Shown one piece after another: positions 57,776 to 64,000 of a stretch of DNA of 64,000 nucleotides. The first letter of the stretch is position 1; every line of letters starts with the position of its first letter. The stretch comes from an uncultured Fibrobacteraceae bacterium (GTDB lineage: Bacteria; Krumholzibacteriota; Krumholzibacteriia; LZORAL124-64-63): positions 7,403-71,402 of the forward strand of contig CAZGEC010000009.1 of NCBI GenBank assembly GCA_964524645.1, read 5' to 3'. The notes under the pieces are model-generated. The model made no database searches and was not told the origin of the DNA. It was given only the letters and a program-made list of their open reading frames with translations. A program made the position numbers and the translations under genes.

Positions 57776-58825
57776 TTGAGCAGCGACCGACGCACCGCCC
57801 GCGATTTCTTCCGCGGCGTGATTGCGCTGGCGGCCATGGCCACCGGAGGCAACCTGCCCTACCGCCGGCTCTGCCGCGAGTACGGTGCCGACCTGACCTG
57901 CAGCGAGATGATCGTGGCCGACAAGCTGGTGCGCGGCAGCCGCGCTGAGCGGCCGCTCCTGCGTCGGCACGCGAGCGAGGAGACCTTCGGCATCCAGCTC
58001 TGCGGGCGGTCCCCCGCGGTCATGGCGGCGGCGGCCCGGCTCGCCGCCGCGCAGGGAGCCCGCTTCGTCGATCTGAACTTCGGCTGCCCCATCGATCTGG
58101 TGGTCAGGCGCGGTGCCGGCTCTGCCCTGCTCAAGCGGCCGCGGAAGCTGGCGGAGATCGTGGCGGCCGTGCGGGAGGCGGTGGACCTGCCGCTCGCGGT
58201 GAAGATCCGGCTGGGCTGGTCGGAGCAGACCATCAACGCCGTGACCGTGGCCCGCTGCGTGGCCGAGGCCGGCGCCGACGCCATCGCCGTGCACGGCCGC
58301 ACCCGCGAGCAGCGTTACCGTCGCAGCGCGGACTGGGCGGCCATCGCGGAGGTGGCCAAGGCGGTGCCGATCCCCGTGCTCGGCAACGGGGACATCCTGA
58401 CGCCCTGGGATCTCTCGCGCTGCCTGGAGGGCACCGCCATCAGCTCCGTGCTGGTGGCGCGCGGCGCCCTGATCAAGCCCTGGATCTTCCGCGAGCTCAA
58501 GGCGGGGCGTCCCCTCGATCCGGACGTGCCGGCGCGCTGGACGATCATGCGGCGCTACTACGAGTACGCCAGCGAGTACTTCGGGGAGGACGAGAAGGGC
58601 CAGGGACGGGTCCGGCGCTTCCTGCTCTGGCACCTGGGATTCTGGCACCGCCATCGCGCCTGGACGGAGGCCGAGTTCACCGCCGCTCGCCCCGCGGCCC
58701 TCATCCAGCAGCGCGCCGCCTCGCCGGAAGCCGACGGGGACGCGTCGCTGCTGGCCAGCGCCGATCCCGCCGACCACGAGCGCATCTGGCAGCGGCTGCT
58801 TGACAGGGACTATCCCGCCGCCTAA
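57776..58825 (+). CDS. dus: tRNA-dihydrouridine synthase
   Basis: TIM-barrel Dus motifs (LNFGCP, catalytic Cys, AVHGRTREQ). Apparent TTG start. Confidence 0.8.
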   Translation: MSSDRRTARDFFRGVIALAAMATGGNLPYRRLCREYGADLTCSEMIVADKLVRGSRAERPLLRRHASEETFGIQLCGRSPAVMAAAARLAAAQGARFVDLNFGCPIDLVVRRGAGSALLKRPRKLAEIVAAVREAVDLPLAVKIRLGWSEQTINAVTVARCVAEAGADAIAVHGRTREQRYRRSADWAAIAEVAKAVPIPVLGNGDILTPWDLSRCLEGTAISSVLVARGALIKPWIFRELKAGRPLDPDVPARWTIMRRYYEYASEYFGEDEKGQGRVRRFLLWHLGFWHRHRAWTEAEFTAARPAALIQQRAASPEADGDASLLASADPADHERIWQRLLDRDYPAA

Positions 58826-58844
58826 GCTCGTCCGGCTGACAGTC

Positions 58845-59035
58845 CCACCCTCTCCGGGTGGGCGGCCCGGCCGATCCCTCGGAAGTCCGGTGCGAATCCG
58901 GCGCGGCCCCGCCACTGTGAGCGGTGACGAAAGCTGCAGGAGAGCCACTGGTCACCCGGCGTCACCGCCGGAACCGGGAAGGCGCAGCGAGTAGGACGAC
59001 CCGCGAGCCAGGAGACCGATCCCGGGCCCGATTGC
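58845..59035 (+). promoter_or_regulatory. Cobalamin (B12) riboswitch
   Basis: GGTGCGAATCCGGCGCGGCCCCGCCACTGTGA matches the conserved GGTGnnAAnTCC...CCCGCCACTGT core. GAGCCAGGAGACCGATCC matches the B12 box (GCCAGGAGACCkGCC). Sits directly upstream of a TonB-dependent receptor. Confidence 0.7.
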
Positions 59036-59062
59036 CACGACCTTCGCGGGCGAGGTGCGGCA

Positions 59063-61159
59063 ATGGCGGTCTCCACCGCTGTTTCGACTTCCGGAGCCGG
59101 TCTTCTGCGGGCAGCTCTTCCCCTCGCCTGCTGGTTGCTGCCGGGCAGCCTCTGGCTTGCGGCCGGCGACGTCCGGGCCGCCCCGGAGCCGATCTTCGAC
59201 GGCGGCGTGACCGATACCATCGTCGTCAGCGCGACCCGCCCCCTGACCCTGAGCTTTCCCGTGGCGCCGGCGGTGGTCACGGTGGTGCCCCTGGAGGAGG
59301 GGACCGGCGGCGCGGACCTGGCCGAGCTGCTGGAGCAGGTGGCCGGCCTGCAGATCCGCCGCTACGGCGGGCTGGGGGCTCAGGCGCTGCCCTCCATCCG
59401 GGGCTCGACCGCCGCCCAGGTGGCCATCCTGGTGGACGGTGTACCCCTGGCCGATGCCCAGGACGGCGCCGTGGACCTGGCCGACCTGCCCCAGGAGCGC
59501 TTCGCCAGGGCGGAGATCTACCGGGGGCTCGTGCCGGCCGCGACAGGTGGGCCGGGGGGCGCGGGCGCCATCAACCTGGTGACGCGCGAGGCGGCCGCGG
59601 GCAGCTCCCTGCGCCTCTTCACAGGCTCCTTCGGCGACCTGGGAGGCCGAATCTCCCACGATGCGCTGCTCGCGGGCGGTCGCCTGCGGCACCAGCTGAC
59701 CCTGCACGGGCGGCGCAGCGACCTGCGCTATCCCTTCCTGGATCACAACCAGACCCTGCACGATGAGAGCGACGACCGGGAACGAACCCGACGGAACGCC
59801 CAGTTCGCGGAGTACGGGGGCTTCCTGACCGAGGACTGGGATCCCGCCGGCCTGCGCTTGCAGGCCAGGGCGGGTTACCTACGGCGCGACGGCGGGCGGC
59901 CGGGACCGCTGGGTCACGAGAGCCCCCATGCCGCGGTCCGCCGGCAGCGCGGCGACGGTCACCTGAGCCTCCAGACGGCGAGCGGCCTGGTGCGTCTGGA
60001 CCTGATGGCCAGCAGCTGCGAGGAAAGGCTGCACGACGACCTGCAGGAGGTGGGCTGGGATCCCGCGGGCACCGTCCGCAGCCTGTCCAGCGAGATCTAC
60101 GCGCGCGGAGTGCTGGCGCCCCGGCTGGCCTTGCCGTGGTCCGGCCGCGACGGGCGCGAAGCCGAGCTGCAGCTGCGGGCCGGGCTGGACGGCCGGCGCC
60201 AGTGGTACCGCGAATCGCTGAACGGCGAGACGGATCCGCTGCGGGCGCGCACGAGCGTGACCGCCTTCGCGGAGGCGGACCTGGAGCTTCCGGCCACACG
60301 GCTCGTGCTCACACCGGGCTGGCGCTGGACGCGCGCCGAGGACAACTTCCCCGCGCTCGTCCCGCCCTGGATGCCCTGGCTCGAGGAGGAACCCCTGGCC
60401 GAACCGCACGTCGTGCAGGCGGTCACCCCGTCGCTCGGCGCGGTGTGGGAGGCGGTGCCGGGCCGCCTGCAGGCGGTCGCCCACGCCGCGCGCAACGTGC
60501 GCCTGCCCACCTGGGTCGAGCTGTTCGGGCACCGCGGCGGGATCGACGGCAACCGCGAGCTGCGACCCGAGACCATAAAGTCCTGGGATGCGGGCCTGCA
60601 GTGGCGTGATCCCCTGGAGGGCACACGCCTGCGGCTGGTCTACTTCCAGGTGCGCACCGCGGACGCGATTCTCTTCATCCAGAACAGCCAGCGCACCAGC
60701 CAGGCCTGGAACTTCGGGGCCGTTCGGACGAGCGGGGTGGAGCTGGAAGGCGCCCGCCGACTCCCCGGGAGGCTGCGCTCGACCCTGAACCTGACCTGGC
60801 AGCGGGCCCGCGACGACGGCCCCGATCCCGCCTATCACGGCAAGGAGCTGCCGTTTCTGCCGTCCCTGGAGGGCCGCCTCGCCCTGGACGCCTACTGGGG
60901 GGCCTGGCAGCCCGGCCTGGCGCTGACCTTCGAGGGGCACAACTTCCGCGATCGTTACAACGCGGTCGAGGAACGAGCGCCCCCCCGCACCCTGCTCAAC
61001 CTCAAGCTGGCCCGTAACTGGAGCCTGCCGGGGCGAGGCGGCGGGCGGCTGCTGACGCTGACCGCCGAGCTGATCAACACCACCGACAACGCGGTCTACG
61101 ACGTGGAGGGCTATCCCCTGCCGGGGCGCAGCTACCGTTTCTCCTGCTACCTGCGCTGA
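59063..61159 (+). CDS. TonB-dependent outer-membrane receptor (BtuB-like)
   Basis: Signal peptide. Plug domain (DTIVVSATR.., IRGSTAAQVAILVDGVPL). 22-strand barrel length. Follows the B12 riboswitch. Confidence 0.8.
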   Translation: MAVSTAVSTSGAGLLRAALPLACWLLPGSLWLAAGDVRAAPEPIFDGGVTDTIVVSATRPLTLSFPVAPAVVTVVPLEEGTGGADLAELLEQVAGLQIRRYGGLGAQALPSIRGSTAAQVAILVDGVPLADAQDGAVDLADLPQERFARAEIYRGLVPAATGGPGGAGAINLVTREAAAGSSLRLFTGSFGDLGGRISHDALLAGGRLRHQLTLHGRRSDLRYPFLDHNQTLHDESDDRERTRRNAQFAEYGGFLTEDWDPAGLRLQARAGYLRRDGGRPGPLGHESPHAAVRRQRGDGHLSLQTASGLVRLDLMASSCEERLHDDLQEVGWDPAGTVRSLSSEIYARGVLAPRLALPWSGRDGREAELQLRAGLDGRRQWYRESLNGETDPLRARTSVTAFAEADLELPATRLVLTPGWRWTRAEDNFPALVPPWMPWLEEEPLAEPHVVQAVTPSLGAVWEAVPGRLQAVAHAARNVRLPTWVELFGHRGGIDGNRELRPETIKSWDAGLQWRDPLEGTRLRLVYFQVRTADAILFIQNSQRTSQAWNFGAVRTSGVELEGARRLPGRLRSTLNLTWQRARDDGPDPAYHGKELPFLPSLEGRLALDAYWGAWQPGLALTFEGHNFRDRYNAVEERAPPRTLLNLKLARNWSLPGRGGGRLLTLTAELINTTDNAVYDVEGYPLPGRSYRFSCYLR

Positions 61160-61180
61160 GCGCGCGAAAGGACGGATCCC

Positions 61181-62605
61181 ATGGGCAAGCACCGCCTCCA
61201 ATCCGTCGCCCTGCTGTCCCTGCTGCTGCTCGGGGCCGTCGCGGCCCGGGCCGACTGGGACGAGTTCGTTCTGCTGACCAGCGACTACAGCACTGTGGGC
61301 TATGTCTGTTCCGTGCAGCGAGCGAGTCCCTGGACCCTCGCCATCGACCTCGAGGACATCCACCACGATGCCAGGGCACGCTGGCATGCGGGCCTCTACT
61401 ACGTGGTCAACGGCGGCGACGCCAGCAACCTGCAGATCATCGATCCGGCCGCCGGCTACCAGACGATCCGGCAGTTCAGCCTGGGCGCCGGCCGCGGCCC
61501 TTACGACATCGCCTTCCGCGAGGACGGGATCGCCTTCGTCTCCTGCTACGACACGCCGGAGCTGCTGAAGGTGGACGTGCAGGGCGGCCACGTGCTGGAC
61601 AGCTACTCGACGGCCCCCTGGGCCGACGCGGACGGGATCCCCGAGACCGGCTGGATGCAGGCGGTCGGCAACCGGCTGTTCGTCACCTGCCAGCGGCTGG
61701 ATCGCAACAGCTGGTACACCCCGGCCGGCAGCGGCTGTCTGCTCGTCTTCGACATGGCAGCCGAGGCGTGGGTGGATGCTGTCCCGACCACGCCCGAGAT
61801 CGACCCGGTCGCGCTGGGCGGCGAGGATCCCTACCCGCAGCTCGAGCTGAGCCGGGATCGCACGCAGCTGCGCGTGGGCTGCACGGGCTGGTACGGGCTG
61901 CTCGACGGGGGGATCGAGGTGGTAGACCTGGACGGCCTGACCAGCCTGGGCTTCGAGATCGACGAGGCGGAGCTGGGAGGCGACCTGCTGGACTTCGAGC
62001 GCGTGGGGACGGGCGACGTCTGGGTCGTCGTCAGCGATCCCAGCTTCCGGACCTCGATCCGCCGCCACGTCCGCGACATCCCCGGTGTGGAGGTCCTATA
62101 CCAGTCGGCGACCTATGGACCGGTCGACATCGCCTGCGACGGGGCCAGCCACGTGTACGCCTGCGACCGCACGCCGGGCCACGCCGGCCTGCGGGTCTTC
62201 GCGGCCGACAGCGGGGCTCAGCTGACCGCCGCGCCCATCTTCACGGGTCTGCCGCCGGCCTGGGCCGTGCTGCCGGTCGACGAGGCCCTCACCGCGGTGC
62301 CGCCCGGCGGCTCGCCGCCTCCGGAAGCCCGGCTGGTGCTGGAAGCTCCCTGGCCCAATCCGGCCAACCCCTTGCTGCAGCTGCGCCTGCGCGGACCAGC
62401 CGGTACGGCCGTACCCCTGCGCATCTACGACCTGCGCGGCCGCCTCCTGCGCACCGCCCTGGTGAGTCTGGATGCCGGAGGACAGGGGACCTACGTGTTC
62501 GACGGCCGGGACGACCGGGGCCGGCCCGTGCCCTCGGGCGTCTACCAGGCTCGGGCGGGAGAGGGGCCGGGAGCGGCGGCTCGCCGCTTCACCCTGGCGC
62601 GCTAG
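61181..62605 (+). CDS. Secreted YncE/YVTN-like beta-propeller protein with a T9SS-type C-terminal sorting domain (BtuG-like candidate)
   Basis: Signal peptide MGKHRLQSVALLSLLLLGAVAARA. Repeated propeller blades (YYVVNGGDASNLQIIDPAAG.., NRLFVTCQRLD..). C-terminal PWPNPANP...IYDLRGRLLRTA...SGVYQAR..FTLAR. Confidence 0.65.
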   Translation: MGKHRLQSVALLSLLLLGAVAARADWDEFVLLTSDYSTVGYVCSVQRASPWTLAIDLEDIHHDARARWHAGLYYVVNGGDASNLQIIDPAAGYQTIRQFSLGAGRGPYDIAFREDGIAFVSCYDTPELLKVDVQGGHVLDSYSTAPWADADGIPETGWMQAVGNRLFVTCQRLDRNSWYTPAGSGCLLVFDMAAEAWVDAVPTTPEIDPVALGGEDPYPQLELSRDRTQLRVGCTGWYGLLDGGIEVVDLDGLTSLGFEIDEAELGGDLLDFERVGTGDVWVVVSDPSFRTSIRRHVRDIPGVEVLYQSATYGPVDIACDGASHVYACDRTPGHAGLRVFAADSGAQLTAAPIFTGLPPAWAVLPVDEALTAVPPGGSPPPEARLVLEAPWPNPANPLLQLRLRGPAGTAVPLRIYDLRGRLLRTALVSLDAGGQGTYVFDGRDDRGRPVPSGVYQARAGEGPGAAARRFTLAR

Positions 62606-62690
62606 AGCGGCGGCGCAATCTGGCCATGCCAGCGGCCCGGGAAGCTGCTACCATGATCCGGCGAGCCAGGACCCAGCACGGGGAGCGATC

Positions 62691-63338
62691 ATGGCCAGGA
62701 TCTACACGCGTACCGGGGACCGGGGCGAGACGTCCCTGTTCGACGGGACCCGCACGGCCAAGTCCGACGAACGGGTCGATCTCTACGGCGAGCTGGACGA
62801 GCTGAACAGCCATCTCGGTCTCTGCGCGGAGCGGCTCCTGCGGGATAGCCGCGCCGGCGAGGTTGCCGCGGACGCGCGGGAAGGGAACGTGCAGGAGTCG
62901 CGCCTGCAGCTCTCCCTGCTGGCCTCCGCCCTGCTCACCCTGCAGAACGATCTCTTCGCGATGGGCGCGATCCTGGCCGACCCGCCGCGCTGCCGGGAGC
63001 TGGCGGACAGCGGTGGCCCGCTACCCTTCGACGCCGGGCCCCTGGAGAAGATGATCGACGGGATGCAGGACGAGCTGCCGCCGCTCCGGTCCTTCATCCT
63101 GCCCAGCGGCTCCGTGAACGCGGCGGCCCTGCACGTGGCGCGGACCGTCTGCCGCCGCGTCGAGCGGAAGGCCGTGGGTCTGTCCCGCCGCCAGCCGCTG
63201 CCGGCCCGGATCCTCGTCTACCTGAACCGCCTGAGCGATTACCTCTTCGTCGCCGCCCGCTGGGCCAACCATGTCCTGGGCCGGCCGGAAGCGACCTGGC
63301 CTCCCGCCGGGGAATCGCAGGAGGATCCCGCCCCGTGA
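62691..63338 (+). CDS. ATP:cob(I)alamin adenosyltransferase, PduO type
   Basis: MARIYTRTGDRGETSLFDG is the PduO-type N-terminal signature. Confidence 0.85.
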   Translation: MARIYTRTGDRGETSLFDGTRTAKSDERVDLYGELDELNSHLGLCAERLLRDSRAGEVAADAREGNVQESRLQLSLLASALLTLQNDLFAMGAILADPPRCRELADSGGPLPFDAGPLEKMIDGMQDELPPLRSFILPSGSVNAAALHVARTVCRRVERKAVGLSRRQPLPARILVYLNRLSDYLFVAARWANHVLGRPEATWPPAGESQEDPAP

Positions 63339-64000
63339 CGTCTGCGACCCCGGAGCGTCCCGTGCAGCGTGTCACGGCCCGCGAGCGCAACATCCTGCTC
63401 GTCACCGGGGTGGCGCACTTCCAGGCCCATCTCTACATGCTGGTCTTTCCCTCGCTGGCCCTGGCCCTGCGCACGGCCTTCGACCTGCCCCTGGACCAGG
63501 TGCTGGCGATCAGCTTCTGGATGTACCTGCTCTACGGGCTGGGAGCATTGCCGAGCGGCATCATCACCGATCTCTGGCGCCCGCGCGGCATGCTGGCGAT
63601 CTGCCTGCTGGGGATGGGGGCCTGCGCGCTGGCCGCCTCGCGGGCGGGGAGCCTGGGCCACCTGCGCTGGTCGCTGGCCGGCCTGGGACTGTTCGCCAGC
63701 ATCTACCATCCCGCCGGCATGGCCCTGATCAGCCGCGGGGTGGCCCGGCGCGGCTGGGCCCTCGGCGTCAACGGGGTCTGCGGCAACCTGGGCGTCGTGG
63801 CGGCACCCCTCCTGACGGGGCTGCTGGCCGTGGCTCTCGGCTGGCGCGCCGCCTATCTCGTCCTGGCCGCGCCGGCCCTGATCGGCGGGGTGCTGGTCCT
63901 CTGCCTGGATATCTCGGGAGAGGTGGAACCGCATATCCCGGTGCCGGCCGACCGCCGCACGCAGGGTCGGCGCGTGTTCTACTTCGCCCTGCTCTGCATG
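63335..64000 (+). CDS. MFS transporter (partial, continues beyond window end)
   Basis: GTG start overlaps the pduO stop. Several TM helices (LLVTGVAHFQAHLYMLVFPSLALAL..). No stop codon before position 64000. Confidence 0.55.
   Translation, partial: MTSATPERPVQRVTARERNILLVTGVAHFQAHLYMLVFPSLALALRTAFDLPLDQVLAISFWMYLLYGLGALPSGIITDLWRPRGMLAICLLGMGACALAASRAGSLGHLRWSLAGLGLFASIYHPAGMALISRGVARRGWALGVNGVCGNLGVVAAPLLTGLLAVALGWRAAYLVLAAPALIGGVLVLCLDISGEVEPHIPVPADRRTQGRRVFYFALLCM

Noticed and set aside
1-64000. CRISPR arrays, rRNA/tRNA genes, IS elements or integrases
   Set aside because: No direct-repeat/spacer periodicity, no tRNA cloverleaf-like or rRNA-like segments, and no transposase or integrase motifs were seen. 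The region looks like stable chromosome.

Overview
High-GC (~70%) bacterial chromosomal window, probably from an uncultivated lineage. Four secreted proteins carry T9SS-type C-terminal sorting domains (the FlgD-Ig-like / Por_Secre_tail domain common in FCB-group and candidate phyla). About 52 plausible genes, no rRNA, tRNA or CRISPR. Dominant feature (1..17906): a multiheme cytochrome cluster that looks like a complete extracellular-electron-transfer (EET) conduit. It has two CbcL-like cytochrome c/cytochrome b fusion proteins (one running off the window edge, so absent from the ORF track), an ImcH/NapC-like membrane-anchored cytochrome, two multiheme lipoproteins, a periplasmic decaheme (MtrA/PioA-like) and a 671-aa putative outer-membrane barrel (MtrB/PioB-like). 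The cluster is interrupted by a LysM/MsbA-like ABC/GT4 envelope operon. Other notable items: (i) a SelW/Rdx-like selenoprotein gene on the minus strand with an in-frame TGA (CRVU motif) and a SECIS-like hairpin, invisible to the ORF track, whose 3' end overlaps the start of a HAD hydrolase gene; (ii) three paralogous ~250-aa secreted Cys/Trp-rich proteins, each behind its own near-consensus sigma70 promoter in an AT-rich island, all ending in a conserved ...G(A/S)(I/V)K(S/N)LYR tail, interleaved with a FIST sensor and followed by M1 and S8 peptidases bearing T9SS sorting domains; (iii) a cobalamin riboswitch upstream of a btuB-like TonB receptor, a beta-propeller protein with a T9SS sorting domain (BtuG-like candidate), a PduO-type adenosyltransferase and an MFS transporter; (iv) an archaeal-type HMG-CoA synthase/thiolase/DUF35 trio; (v) tandem GAPDH paralogs, the first with a displaced catalytic cysteine; (vi) a 1025-aa hypothetical bitopic membrane protein. 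Housekeeping genes include tdh/kbl, pckA, citrate synthase, dus, rluA, a TGS-uridine kinase fusion, prolyl oligopeptidase, an EamA transporter and an L-2-hydroxyglutarate oxidase-like enzyme. Many long ORFs in the track (e.g. 4114..7038-, 6404..9286-, 38880..42050-, 41584..44613-) are antisense/GC artefacts. All domain assignments are motif-level and need homology searches for confirmation.
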